From positions 1 through 40,189 of IMG/VR virus record IMGVR_UViG_3300022738_000047: 40,189 nt of DNA. One strand, given 5' to 3'. A model generated the notes under the pieces. That model saw only the letters and a program-made list of their open reading frames with translations. It ran no database searches and was not told where the DNA came from. This stretch comes from a virus (Duplodnaviria; Caudoviricetes). Each line of letters begins with the position of its first letter. Position 1 is the stretch's first letter. This document shows positions 8,563 to 18,324 of this stretch, piece after piece. The translations under genes were made by a program, and so were the position numbers.

Positions 8563-9363
8563 TTAAAACACCTTTGCACCACTGTTTGGATTAATGGGAG
8601 GAATCCAATAAAAGCCACCGTTGTTGTCCTCATTGTGAAATTGGTCGCTACAGGTTTTTAATGAACCATCGCATCCTGGATACAACGGCAACGTCACTGC
8701 ACCCAATGCAAGAGCAGCTGCAACTTCATTGGCTGGTCGCCATATCGTGATCTGATTGCCAACATGATTTGAAATGTAACGAAGCACACCGTTTGGTAAG
8801 GCGATCATGCCGCCCGTGAAATAACCGTCGGGTTTTGTTGCTGCCGCCGGGCAAGTGAGAGTGGTGCGACGCGCATCAAGCGCTGTAACGCTGGTATTGA
8901 CTGCAAACGCGGCTTTGTCCAACCAACAACCATCGTGATACACAACCCATCTGCAAAATTTTTGCATGACTTCGGTGAGGCTCATTTTTCGAATGGTGGT
9001 GAAAAGCGATTCACAAATTAATGTGATAGTCGTGTCATTCGCTTCAGCGTCGGCAATGCGGCCTTTCCAAAACACTTCATAATCATCTGGGTTATCTAAT
9101 CCATTTCGATACAAGGTGACTATGGTGACTTCATCGCGCCCATAACCTAAATGCGATTTTGCAAATTCATCCGTTAACGGAAATTCAAATTGCAAATCGT
9201 TTTTTGTGATCTCTGCAGTTTGTTGAACTTCGCCATGCTGGTAGGGATAGGCATACCAGATAAAGCCATTCCACAAGATATCGATCGCGCGCGAAGTGAA
9301 GCGGCGAACATCACTTCCGCACCGGAATTCAACCAAGCCAATTAATTCACTCATTGGTGTCAT
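8563..9363 (-). CDS. Tail hub protein, BR0599/DUF2163-like (lambda gpL-like Cys cluster)
   Basis: CRW..GC..GYFTGG..YPGCDGSLKTC..F.N..N.GGF..IP..NP. Start 9363 or 9354. Confidence 0.85.
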   Translation of the reverse strand: MTPMSELIGLVEFRCGSDVRRFTSRAIDILWNGFIWYAYPYQHGEVQQTAEITKNDLQFEFPLTDEFAKSHLGYGRDEVTIVTLYRNGLDNPDDYEVFWKGRIADAEANDTTITLICESLFTTIRKMSLTEVMQKFCRWVVYHDGCWLDKAAFAVNTSVTALDARRTTLTCPAAATKPDGYFTGGMIALPNGVLRYISNHVGNQITIWRPANEVAAALALGAVTLPLYPGCDGSLKTCSDQFHNEDNNGGFYWIPPINPNSGAKVF

Positions 9364-10519
9364 TCACCCCCTGGAAAGAAAGTGAAGACGCTGCAATGTT
9401 GTCTGTCTCAAATGCCACTTCAATCGTGTCTGAGGCGAGCCGCACCAGGCGCATATAACTCACGCTCTCAATATCGGAAACGGCTACAGAAGCGCCGAGT
9501 GCGGCATTGATAGTGATGGTTTCTACACTCGAACTGGTTTCGACGACATTGGTGATGCGACGGTAATAGCGAACACCTGATTTGGTTTTAATCATGATGT
9601 CGCGACGACCAATTTCATTTTTAACAGAAGTGTGGCCGCAATTATTCACACTCAATGTTGTTGCCGACGATGAAATATTGTTTCGCACAGTGATATCGTT
9701 TTGATTTGAGGGATACCAAAAAGTAACGTAGCGTCCCTGACGTGCTGCGAGCCAATTTTTAAAATTGGAAATCTCGTTACGGCCATGCATTAAAAAGCGG
9801 TGCGATCTAGTTGTACGTGCGTCCATTGCTGTATCAAAGAAACTCACTACACCCGCGTTGTTATCAAATACAGCAAGCGCTCGCGAAATTTCTGCGGTGA
9901 TATCCTCGCCCCAGTCGGTGCGATCAAGCATCACTGGGTGACCACGATAATCTGCAGACTCAACAACCGGTGTTCCAATCCATTCATCGATCAAACGCAC
10001 CAAAACACTCGCGCCCGTTTGCGAGTCGTTTAAATAATTGAATGATTGAGCAGGTGGCAGCAATGCATCAACGACGGGCACAACGTAAGCACCGGCAATA
10101 AACGCAATGCCAAGCGGCGCAATCAGAGTGATTGAAGCAGCGGTTATACTTTGAATAGTTGCAACGACCGTTTTGAAATCCAGGATAACGGCAAGCTGCT
10201 TACCCACTTCAAATTCGCGGTAGTTTGTAGAGTTAACATTTAACACTGAATCTGTGGCCAACACATTTGTAGTTAACCAGGTTGCATCATTCCACACCGG
10301 CAATTGAATCACTTTCGCTTGATTCGCGATCATGAAATTCTCAAAGCGCACACGCTCTTCATCGCTAAAAATAACAATGGGAAATTCGATTGAGCGCCGC
10401 GCACCGGTACGCAATTTATTTCGTTGCTCAGTGTCATCTTTCGCAATCAAAACATCGGTGAGCCACTCATAACGAATTAATAATGGTGATGCACCGTCAG
10501 CGGGAAAGGGAAATAACAT
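9347..10519 (-). CDS. Distal tail / minor tail protein
   Basis: YEWLTDVL...EQR..LRTGARRS and WLAARQGRYVTFWYPS motifs; immediately after tape measure. Confidence 0.75.
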   Translation of the reverse strand: MLFPFPADGASPLLIRYEWLTDVLIAKDDTEQRNKLRTGARRSIEFPIVIFSDEERVRFENFMIANQAKVIQLPVWNDATWLTTNVLATDSVLNVNSTNYREFEVGKQLAVILDFKTVVATIQSITAASITLIAPLGIAFIAGAYVVPVVDALLPPAQSFNYLNDSQTGASVLVRLIDEWIGTPVVESADYRGHPVMLDRTDWGEDITAEISRALAVFDNNAGVVSFFDTAMDARTTRSHRFLMHGRNEISNFKNWLAARQGRYVTFWYPSNQNDITVRNNISSSATTLSVNNCGHTSVKNEIGRRDIMIKTKSGVRYYRRITNVVETSSSVETITINAALGASVAVSDIESVSYMRLVRLASDTIEVAFETDNIAASSLSFQGVNDTNE

Positions 10520-13500
10520 TAGCGTTTCCCCCAGAGCGAATTTGCATTGCGACGAATCATATTTACAAGCACACGCTCGCCAGCTGCAGAGTTCACGTAG
10601 TCGTTCATAAGTTCTTTGTCGACTACGTTGATGATACGCAATCCATTCCCTTGTCCTTGCGCACCGTTATCATTCGCCGGGCTTGCGAGTTCCCTGCTGA
10701 GTGTGGGTGATGGCATGGATGGCGCAGGCACGCCGGCAAGACCACCAGTGCTGTGATGAACACGTGACCAATCATTTAACGCTGCCATTCCGCGAGCGTT
10801 AAAGTCATTTAAAAATTCTAATGCGCCTGGTTGTCGTACCACTGCAGCGCGCGAGACAAATTCATAGTCAGAAAGCATTGCGGGAATTGAATCGCTAGTG
10901 GAAGTGCCTGGGCCGCGAATGTGCCCTCCGTCTGCCGCAAATACACTAGCGAATGAGCTGAACAGTGAGGCGTAGCTGGAAGTGTCGCTACCGCCGGAAA
11001 CGCCACCTGCCGCATTGGCAGCTGCAAGACTTGCGGCGGCGGCCTCAATCGCTGCTGCTCCCGTTACCAAAGTTCCACCAGCAAGACTCAGTGCAGCCGC
11101 AGAGGCGGTAACAGCAGCCGCGCCAGCTGCAGGATCGGCCTTTTCTCCGCCGAATAATCCCATGACTGCACTTGTTGCTTTTTCTGCAATTGCCTTGGCT
11201 GCCATTTGGCTCAACGCTTGCGTAACACTTTGCGCCAAGGATCTAATCGCATCGCTAAACGATTTTGTGCCATCAGCCAAGCCCACAATTGCATCGGTGA
11301 GGCCACTTTCCAAACCTTGTTTGAGTGTTGATGTAAATAAAGATGTTGTCGCCTGCAAGCGTTCTTCTTGCGTTATTAAATCATCAAGGGCCTTTTTCGC
11401 AGCAACGCCAACTTCCCCAGGTTGCTTGGCCAGCTCTTCTAAAAGTGGACGTTGTTTTTCAAGCTGTTGGTACGTGGCACGATGCAGTTCCAACAATTTT
11501 TGGCGTGCTTCATATTCAGAAATTAATCCAACTTCGCGCTGCGTGTTGATGCTGGTTTCCTGACGGGATAAGTCATCAAATGTTTTATTAACATTTTTTT
11601 CGACTTCATCCAGTTTTCCTTTTAGCTTTTCGATGTTGATTAACGAATCAATTAAATCGACACCGGCGGTATTCCCTCTCTTAATCAAGCGTTCACGAAA
11701 TTTGCGGGTTTCTTCATCCGCCGCAAGGCCAGCGGCCTCGGCTTCTTTGCCTTGCGCTTTCAACAGTTTCACCCTGATCTGGTCAAGCTGAATACTGTCT
11801 TTTAACACTTCCTGCCGTTCTTTTTCGGCATTGATTTGTATGAGCGCACCGTTGGCACGCATCTGTTGTTCATCAGTGAGTTTGTGTTCTTCTAATTTCA
11901 ATAGACGCACTTCATCCGCAGTTTTGCCGATGGACGCTGCTTCCAATTCCAATTTTTTAACATAGTCTTCACTGGCTTTGGCTTGAGCTGCTGCTTTGGC
12001 CAATGCAGCTTTGTCCGCATATTTATCGCGAATATCTTTTTCGAGTTTTGCTTTATTTTCTGCGCTGAAATCGGGGTTATCCTTGTTGCGGTCACCTTTC
12101 GTTGCTGCTTTGAAATCCTCTTCCAATTTGCGCAACTCATCGGCCATTTTCTTTTCACGATCAATACTCAACGAAAGCGCGTGGACTCTATCAGCTGCTA
12201 CAATCGCCTCTGAGTCGGCCAGTGCTTTCCTTCCTGCCTCTTTTGCAGCTTCTTCAGCGTCGAGTAATTTTTGCTCCTGGAACTGAATTTTTTGACGTAA
12301 CTGAGTTACTAATGGATCCGCATCAACATCTTTTCCCTGGCTCTTCACGAGCTGTTCGCGACTGGCTAGTGCCAGCTTATCAACATCTAATTTTGCGCCC
12401 GAATCACCGCTTATGACTTTTTTTATCGCATCTAAATAATCGGATGCAGCTTTTTTTGTTCTTATCAGCCAGCTTTCTGTTTTACCAAGGCTATCAGCCA
12501 CAAGTTTTGCTTTACTATCGTAGAGTGCAGTTGATGCAGCTAAAATCGCTCCCTCTTTATCACCACTCTCTTCAAGTGAGCGGATATAGTTATATTGATC
12601 GACAGTAACAAAATGCAAAGACTGATTGTGCGTAAGCACCCACTTCGCAACACCGTCTTCCATTTTTTCAAAATCTTTTGCGATGTTCTCTGCGCTGTCA
12701 CCAGTGAGCTGCTGCATAACAGCGGCAGCTTTACCTAACGTCAGAATTGCATCCGCGCTGAATTTACCGGTGTTCGCTAATTGCAGAGTGATATCGCGAG
12801 CCTGACCAACCGTTGCGTTGGTAGATTGCTCAATAGACCGTGTGACGTTGTTAAATGACTGTTCCGAAAAACCAGCAGCGTTACCGGTAGCAATCAAAGC
12901 GTTTTGTAATTCACGCTGGTCTTGCCAAGCGGAATAGGAAATTGCTGCAAATGCTGCGACAGCTGCACCAGCAGCAAGAACGGGAAGTGCAAATCTTGCA
13001 AAAGCCAGTGCTCCTTCCTCTGAACGTTGCGACAATCGTGCAATGCCAAGCCCAGCTTGTTCCCAATTGCCGGTAGAAAGATCACGCAACAGCGATAGCA
13101 TTTCGCTACGGGCTTCTCGGCTATTTAGCCCAAGCTTCCCCAAGGAGGAATTCGCGCTTTCAATGGCGGTGCGCTCACGGCCTATGTTGGCCATTGCCCG
13201 ATTATATTGTTCTACGGTAATTCGCCCGGCTTTAAGTTCTGCATCTAACTTATCGGCGTTATCATCCAGGCGTTTTAACGATGTCGCAGCGGCGTCGGTT
13301 TCGCGCAATAATTTTTCGAGCGATTTAGCATTCGCATCATGTTCTTTTGACAAAGCGTTTTCAGATTTATCAAGGTGCGAAATAGCAGCATCGTATTCTT
13401 TGGCAGTGATCGCGCCTGCGGCCATTAACCGATCAAGACGCTTCTCTTGCTCGGCAATTTCGTCAACCGATAAATTAGCGCGGCCCAGGGTTTCACCAAA

Positions 13501-13926
13501 GGCCTTCATATCTGCAATTAATAATTGTGCGGAATTGCGCAAATGATCTGCGCCAGTGCTTGCGGTTGCCGTGCTGTGTTCAACATCAGCCAGTGAGTCG
13601 GTAAGTTTTTCTACACCACTGGCATTTGCGGTAGTGTTGATTTTTCCAATACTTGCCGCAGCCTTGTCTAAGCCAGCTTCAAGCTTTGATGATTCTTTAT
13701 TGATTTGAGAAAGGCCATCTTTCATCGACGACGATGAATCGTTCGTCGCCTTAGCGTCGTTGGCAAGTTTGTTAACGGATTTTTGCAGCGCATCAGTTTG
13801 CGTGCCTGCACCCTGGGCTTCTTTGCCAACATCTTCAAGTGATTTTTTAAGGTCGGCTAATTCCTTTTTCCCGTCCTCCAAATCAGTTTTGATGCGTAAC
13901 GCTAAATCCAGGCTTTTATCTGTCAC
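10519..13926 (-). CDS. Tail tape measure protein
   Basis: 1135 aa helical Ala/Lys/Glu-rich protein; DLALRI N-terminus; ADGGHIRGPGTSTSDSIPAMLS C-terminal motif; GTG start. Confidence 0.92.
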   Translation of the reverse strand: MTDKSLDLALRIKTDLEDGKKELADLKKSLEDVGKEAQGAGTQTDALQKSVNKLANDAKATNDSSSSMKDGLSQINKESSKLEAGLDKAAASIGKINTTANASGVEKLTDSLADVEHSTATASTGADHLRNSAQLLIADMKAFGETLGRANLSVDEIAEQEKRLDRLMAAGAITAKEYDAAISHLDKSENALSKEHDANAKSLEKLLRETDAAATSLKRLDDNADKLDAELKAGRITVEQYNRAMANIGRERTAIESANSSLGKLGLNSREARSEMLSLLRDLSTGNWEQAGLGIARLSQRSEEGALAFARFALPVLAAGAAVAAFAAISYSAWQDQRELQNALIATGNAAGFSEQSFNNVTRSIEQSTNATVGQARDITLQLANTGKFSADAILTLGKAAAVMQQLTGDSAENIAKDFEKMEDGVAKWVLTHNQSLHFVTVDQYNYIRSLEESGDKEGAILAASTALYDSKAKLVADSLGKTESWLIRTKKAASDYLDAIKKVISGDSGAKLDVDKLALASREQLVKSQGKDVDADPLVTQLRQKIQFQEQKLLDAEEAAKEAGRKALADSEAIVAADRVHALSLSIDREKKMADELRKLEEDFKAATKGDRNKDNPDFSAENKAKLEKDIRDKYADKAALAKAAAQAKASEDYVKKLELEAASIGKTADEVRLLKLEEHKLTDEQQMRANGALIQINAEKERQEVLKDSIQLDQIRVKLLKAQGKEAEAAGLAADEETRKFRERLIKRGNTAGVDLIDSLINIEKLKGKLDEVEKNVNKTFDDLSRQETSINTQREVGLISEYEARQKLLELHRATYQQLEKQRPLLEELAKQPGEVGVAAKKALDDLITQEERLQATTSLFTSTLKQGLESGLTDAIVGLADGTKSFSDAIRSLAQSVTQALSQMAAKAIAEKATSAVMGLFGGEKADPAAGAAAVTASAAALSLAGGTLVTGAAAIEAAAASLAAANAAGGVSGGSDTSSYASLFSSFASVFAADGGHIRGPGTSTSDSIPAMLSDYEFVSRAAVVRQPGALEFLNDFNARGMAALNDWSRVHHSTGGLAGVPAPSMPSPTLSRELASPANDNGAQGQGNGLRIINVVDKELMNDYVNSAAGERVLVNMIRRNANSLWGKR

Positions 13927-13953
13927 AGTGAATACTCATAAAAAGTTTTCACC

Positions 13954-13998
13954 ATTTTCACTTCACTGAAAGAAAATGTATTTTTGCGCGAGCAAAAA
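13954..13998 (-). promoter_or_regulatory. Late promoter 3 (Mor/C box + -10) for tape measure/tail operon
   Basis: Dyad TTTTTGCGCGAGCAAAAA 13981-13998; -10-like GAAAAT at 13959-13954, 21 nt away. Confidence 0.7.
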
Positions 13999-14019
13999 AA
14001 TACCCGCTCAAGGCGGGTA
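13994..14019 (-). terminator. Intrinsic terminator after tail chaperone GT
   Basis: TACCCGC-TCAAG-GCGGGTA stem (14001-14019) with U7 on the minus strand; the U tract is also one arm of the activator box. Confidence 0.8.
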
Positions 14020-14280
14020 CTAGTTGCGAAGGTTTCGCATCACTTCTTTGGCTTTTTCTCCACCATGGTATCCGTGGGATATATCGTGTATCAAATCAGC
14101 ACGCACATTTTTTCGGTATCGCCTTGCAGCATCCAGGTAAAGCAATAATTGGCGCTGCGTGTAAAACTCTATGTCTTTGGCTCTGTGGCCGCAGGCGATG
14201 AGTTCTGTGTAGATATCAGACCATCGCGCAGGCTTTTCACCAGGAGTTCTTCTTTGAGATTGTCGATTGCCTTGCGCAAA
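14020..14280 (-). CDS. Tail assembly chaperone GT C-terminal part (-1 frameshift frame, no own start)
   Basis: -1 frame after T9 run reads FAQGNRQS..WSDIYTELIACGHRAKDIEFYTQRQLLLYLDAARR..NLRN*, stop at 14022-14020 abutting the terminator. Confidence 0.8.
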   Translation of the reverse strand, partial: FAQGNRQSQRRTPGEKPARWSDIYTELIACGHRAKDIEFYTQRQLLLYLDAARRYRKNVRADLIHDISHGYHGGEKAKEVMRNLRN

Positions 14281-14648
14281 AAAAAAGCGCCGTTAACCGA
14301 CCACCACATGTTCTCAAGCAATTCCCCATCGTGAGTGTTTAATCCGTCGAGGAATTCCAAATCAACATCGGCTGCCTGGGCGATAAGCTTGGTGGTAATG
14401 TCAACGTGCTTACCAAGCAGTGCGCGAATAACATCAATGCCAGGAACGTCGTCGCGCATCAAAGCCGTTAAATCATCCATTAATGGTTTGATTTCCGGTC
14501 GCAAACGCAAACCTTCTGTCCAACCATATTCACGCACGGTGACATTAATGCCGCCGATTTTTTTGGTACGCTCCGGGTGCAGTACTTCCAAATCATCATC
14601 ACCAGGAGCGGATTTGCTTTTAGTTTTTCCGTTTACTATTTCTGCCAT
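14169..14648 (-). CDS. Tail assembly chaperone (gpG-like)
   Basis: DDLEVLHPER..VTVREY..WWSVNGAFF; lies between tail tube and tape measure. Confidence 0.8.
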   Translation of the reverse strand: MAEIVNGKTKSKSAPGDDDLEVLHPERTKKIGGINVTVREYGWTEGLRLRPEIKPLMDDLTALMRDDVPGIDVIRALLGKHVDITTKLIAQAADVDLEFLDGLNTHDGELLENMWWSVNGAFFLRKAIDNLKEELLVKSLRDGLISTQNSSPAATEPKT

Positions 14649-14651
14649 GAT

Positions 14652-15398
14652 TTACACCGCTGATTTCCGTTCGATTCGGGCAAAGCCACCAAAATTTGTA
14701 TTAGCAGCGTTGATTGGGTCGTAGAGCAAACTCGCCTTCATTGGCAGATTGCCGTAATCCTCATGAATCAAACCAAAATTGCTCACCGGATCGAACTTCA
14801 CGCGGTACATATGCACAAGCACCGGTGAGTTGTCTTCAGTGTTGATACCGTCCAACAGCACGTATTTTTCAGTCGGCGTTTTTGCGAACATCGCAAAGCT
14901 ATCCGCAGAAGCATAGGTGTAAGCGCAATTATACGGTGCCGTTTTTCCGGCTAGGTCACCAATTTTAATTAGGCCCGCATTTGGCGAGTCTATAGTGAAC
15001 GGTACCGCAACCGGCGTACCAGTGCTATCCATGATCGTTAATGCGCTAATGAATGGATGAGTCAGCTTCACCAAATCACCTTCTGTTACGCCATCTGGTA
15101 GAGCTTCACCAGTGACGGTGCTACCAGCGGTATTGATTTTTTCTGAGTACAAGGCCAACGCCATAGCGTTTGCAAGCCATTCATCAAAGGTAAGACTCAA
15201 CTCTGCTGATGTAGCTTTTTTCAACAAGCCGTAATCCAGGCGGTTACCACTGAACGATTCCGTTTTTTTACTGTTTTCAGTCGTAAGCGCAAGCGTACAC
15301 TCAGGCACGTTACCAACCCATTCAGGTTTAATTAATTTACCCGCTGTGCTGCGCTCGCCAATCATCACGCGGCCCTGGAACGAAAATAAATTAGACAT
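14652..15398 (-). CDS. Major tail tube protein (siphovirus type)
   Basis: FSFQGRV..WVGNV..ESFSGNR..LDGINT..YRVKFDP..FGGFAR; AAGGAG SD; synteny. Confidence 0.85.
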   Translation of the reverse strand: MSNLFSFQGRVMIGERSTAGKLIKPEWVGNVPECTLALTTENSKKTESFSGNRLDYGLLKKATSAELSLTFDEWLANAMALALYSEKINTAGSTVTGEALPDGVTEGDLVKLTHPFISALTIMDSTGTPVAVPFTIDSPNAGLIKIGDLAGKTAPYNCAYTYASADSFAMFAKTPTEKYVLLDGINTEDNSPVLVHMYRVKFDPVSNFGLIHEDYGNLPMKASLLYDPINAANTNFGGFARIERKSAV

Positions 15399-15401
15399 GG
15401 A

Positions 15402-15566
15402 TTACTCCTTGGTTTTGGGGGCCGCGTCAGCAGCGATAACTTTCCACTCGATCAGCAATTGCTTTTCATGTGGAAGCACGTCAATTTTGTCACCAGGTGC
15501 GTATTGAACTTCGTTGTGTTCGTGAGGTTTCAATAGCACCACGGTTTCTGTATTTGTCTTAGCCAC
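15402..15566 (-). CDS. Small virion-associated protein, 54 aa (not in ORF track)
   Basis: AGGAG SD + GTG; MAKTNTETVVLLKPHEHNEVQYAPGDKIDV..KE*; fills the gap exactly. Confidence 0.75.
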   Translation of the reverse strand: MAKTNTETVVLLKPHEHNEVQYAPGDKIDVLPHEKQLLIEWKVIAADAAPKTKE

Positions 15567-16026
15567 GGCCAACTCCTATAAAATGTTGGGTTTGATAAAC
15601 ATCCATCCAAAGCAATGTGTTTTCGTCATAGTCCAACACATTGCCTTCCAATAATTGAATCGATCTTGCTCCTGAAATGTCAGGCGGAGTCCAACCAATT
15701 AAATTGCCTCGCACCATATCCACAAGTGGATCCAACTCTTCAGCGGTCTCGGCACCTTTGCGAATATCGCGATAATTGCTAACAGCGATCACAACACCGA
15801 AATTAACAATCATGCCCTGGCGACCTGCTTTAACCGGCTCACCGTTCCAACGCTCGTTGGATAACAATACGTAAGCTGTTTTTGGGCGAAAATCTTTTAA
15901 CGCTTTAATCGATGCATATTGCGCGGTGCTACTCACTGAATCCAAATCGCGCCGGTCAATACTTGAGTTCAGCCGCTCAATTATTTTGCTAATGGGGAAC
16001 GGCTTTGCATTTAACAGTTCGCTCAT
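15559..16026 (-). CDS. Tail terminator / completion protein (Mu gp37-like position)
   Basis: FGVVIAVSNYRD..LIGWTPP..LLWMDVYQT; follows gp36-like gene. Confidence 0.7.
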   Translation of the reverse strand: MSELLNAKPFPISKIIERLNSSIDRRDLDSVSSTAQYASIKALKDFRPKTAYVLLSNERWNGEPVKAGRQGMIVNFGVVIAVSNYRDIRKGAETAEELDPLVDMVRGNLIGWTPPDISGARSIQLLEGNVLDYDENTLLWMDVYQTQHFIGVGRG

Positions 16027-16541
16027 TAACGAAACCTACTCAATTCATTACGACTAAACACTTTAGGATCTGATTCAAAATGCACATCAATGCTTGATGG
16101 ATTTTCCACAATGGGATCCTGGGCACCCAGGCTTAACTTTCCATCCACAACTTGCTGCAACATTTTTAATGCATCTTTGTAATTGCGTAGAATCGGATCT
16201 GTGCTTTCAGCAGACAAACGATCTTTGTGCAAAAAATATCGGGTGATGTCGCGCGACCAGTTTGTGACTAATCGTGGGATTGGATTGAGCGGCAATGAAT
16301 AAGAACGCTGAACCAGGTATCCGTTAATTAAGCCATCTGCATCATTGATCGCTTCGGTAATTCGCAAAAGCGCTTCATCTGCATCTGCAACATCGTCATC
16401 GCTGTAGGCACTGCGGTCAGCACCCAGTAACGTCAATTGCATCAACTCAACATCTACAACCGGTTTGTGCGAAGCGGTTGCCACTTGGGCAAGTTCGCGC
16501 GCGCCAGGTGTGTCTGCTAATTGAATTGGCGTTACGTACAT
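16026..16541 (-). CDS. Head-tail connector, Mu gp36 / DUF1320 family
   Basis: AINDADGLINGYL..YSLPL..DITRYFLH..YKDALKML..GKLSLG. Confidence 0.85.
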   Translation of the reverse strand: MYVTPIQLADTPGARELAQVATASHKPVVDVELMQLTLLGADRSAYSDDDVADADEALLRITEAINDADGLINGYLVQRSYSLPLNPIPRLVTNWSRDITRYFLHKDRLSAESTDPILRNYKDALKMLQQVVDGKLSLGAQDPIVENPSSIDVHFESDPKVFSRNELSRFR

Positions 16542-16594
16542 GATCTGGCCTACATAATATTTCGATAAATAAATTGGATTAAGTGAATGAAAAC

Positions 16595-16786
16595 TTAATC
16601 AACATTCACTTCGACTTCTTCAACAAACAGCGCAGGTTCCTTTTTCAGAATATCGACCTGCTCTTTTGTTAGTGCATCTAATGCAATGCCATAACCTTCG
16701 CGAGTGAACTTAAATCCACAACGCCAAAATGATTCAGCGCGAGATTTAATAAAAAGTCCTGGTACAGCTTTTTTGTTACTTGCCAT
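16595..16786 (-). CDS. Small head-associated protein (HI1506-like)
   Basis: SFWRCGFKFTREG..LTKEQVDILKKEPALFV; GGAG SD before ATG 16786. Confidence 0.7.
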   Translation of the reverse strand: MASNKKAVPGLFIKSRAESFWRCGFKFTREGYGIALDALTKEQVDILKKEPALFVEEVEVNVD

Positions 16787-16889
16787 GATTTTTCTCCGGT
16801 AGGTCAAACCCAGCTGCTCGCATTCCTTCCTTCGCAAGCAACTACGCTGGGGGACAATATTTTCCTGTTCGTCGGCGGGGGGTTATGGG

Positions 16890-17783
16890 TTACGACAAAT
16901 ATGCCGAGTCTTGGTAATCCACCAAGTTACGAGTGGAGTTGCTTTCTCCACTCGCATTGTTCTCATTTTCCAACAGTTTTTTAGCTGTTTGGCGTAATGA
17001 AGGCGGCACAATCAAAAGATCAGGATTGATATCTAATGGTTTTCCGTTGTCACCTTTGAATGAGCGCATGGCATCGTATGCGGCATTCAAATTGTCTTCA
17101 GTCAATGGCTGCTTACTTGCATAAGCGAGTTGCCACAAAGCAACACCTACGTTTAAGCGTGCATCGGCGCCGTACAAGAACTCATCGCGCATAAATACAT
17201 TAGGGTCATCCGGATTATCCATTGCAGTGAATCGATAATCGCGACGCGTTTGCAGAATGAATGGCTTAATAATTTGGGTGGTGTCAAGCAAGAACCACGC
17301 TGGGCCAGAACCACCGCCATAATTACTTACCGCAGCTTCGGTTCCATCAGCCTGCAATACAGGATGGTCGGTGTCGAAAAAATACTGGCCGTCGTAGCAG
17401 ATCGTTGTGAAACTATTTTTCAACAAATCGTAAATGAGTTGTCCAGGATGATCTGCAGCATCTTTACCGAGCTGTTGAAAGCGCGGTGTGTATATCCCCA
17501 AGTTATCATCTTCAATATCGTCAGCATCTACACCAACGGTATTCTCAAACTTTTTGTTTTTAATGCTGTAGCCGTGCGCACGTAATGCCTGGATCACACG
17601 GTCACCAATCCATTCGCGGAAACGAGAGGTCGAACCCAACCAACCATATTCATTTGACTTTGTGGTTGATGGGACAGTCATGGTGAAACGTTGGTAATCC
17701 GGTTTGGCGGTCGCCAAGCCCTGCTTGAATGCAGCGTTGAAAGCGACACCCATTGTGCGCAAGTTTGCGGTATTAATTAACAT
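16890..17783 (-). CDS. Major capsid protein, Mu gpT family
   Basis: YGWLG..REWIGDR..NKKFENTVGV..DIEDD.LGIY..CYDGQYFFDTDHPV; AGGAG SD before ATG 17783. Confidence 0.93.
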   Translation of the reverse strand: MLINTANLRTMGVAFNAAFKQGLATAKPDYQRFTMTVPSTTKSNEYGWLGSTSRFREWIGDRVIQALRAHGYSIKNKKFENTVGVDADDIEDDNLGIYTPRFQQLGKDAADHPGQLIYDLLKNSFTTICYDGQYFFDTDHPVLQADGTEAAVSNYGGGSGPAWFLLDTTQIIKPFILQTRRDYRFTAMDNPDDPNVFMRDEFLYGADARLNVGVALWQLAYASKQPLTEDNLNAAYDAMRSFKGDNGKPLDINPDLLIVPPSLRQTAKKLLENENNASGESNSTRNLVDYQDSAYLS

Positions 17784-17842
17784 TGTGAAATCTCCTAAGA
17801 AACCTGAATAATTTTTAAAGCGGTGTCTATAGCGTGGTTGAA

Positions 17843-18268
17843 TTAAAAGATTTCTACCCAAACGCCATCGGCATCTACGTTTACAACTTTTCCTGCTACT
17901 GAACGCGTACTGGAACCGTTGGTTTTGGCAACGGTAAAATCGTCAACGATGTAGCAATCATTTTTAATATCCGCGCGAGTGATCTGATCAGTTGATGCAG
18001 AGTTATTGAACGCGTAAATACCAGGGCGTAAATCGGCTAACACTGCGCCGGCGGAACCGCCCAGGTTATTTGCTTGACCAACTGCATCAGTACCACCGAA
18101 ACAAACACCACGCGCCTTCAGGGTTGTGGATGTAGACCCGGGCACGGCATTACCCAATGCATCCAGACACCCAAGTGCGCCCTTATAAATACGCGTGTTA
18201 GCGGCCATAGGGTCGTGATGAATATTCTTCTCACGACGTTTAATGAGTCGATCATTTGCTAATGCCAT
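17843..18268 (-). CDS. Head decoration / cement-like protein
   Basis: Between protease and capsid; CYIVDD.TVAKT..RSVAGKV..VDADGVWV motif. Confidence 0.7.
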   Translation of the reverse strand: MALANDRLIKRREKNIHHDPMAANTRIYKGALGCLDALGNAVPGSTSTTLKARGVCFGGTDAVGQANNLGGSAGAVLADLRPGIYAFNNSASTDQITRADIKNDCYIVDDFTVAKTNGSSTRSVAGKVVNVDADGVWVEIF

Positions 18269-18324
18269 GGTGAAACCCTCTTAAAAAAAAATTTACTAAA
18301 ATCAAAAGTGCTTATTGCAGAGCA

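Noticed and set aside
10982-13546. Long plus-strand ORFs opposite tape measure (and similar ones opposite head, portal and transposase genes)
   Set aside because: Antisense shadows of Ala-rich coding sequence, without SDs or recognisable motifs.
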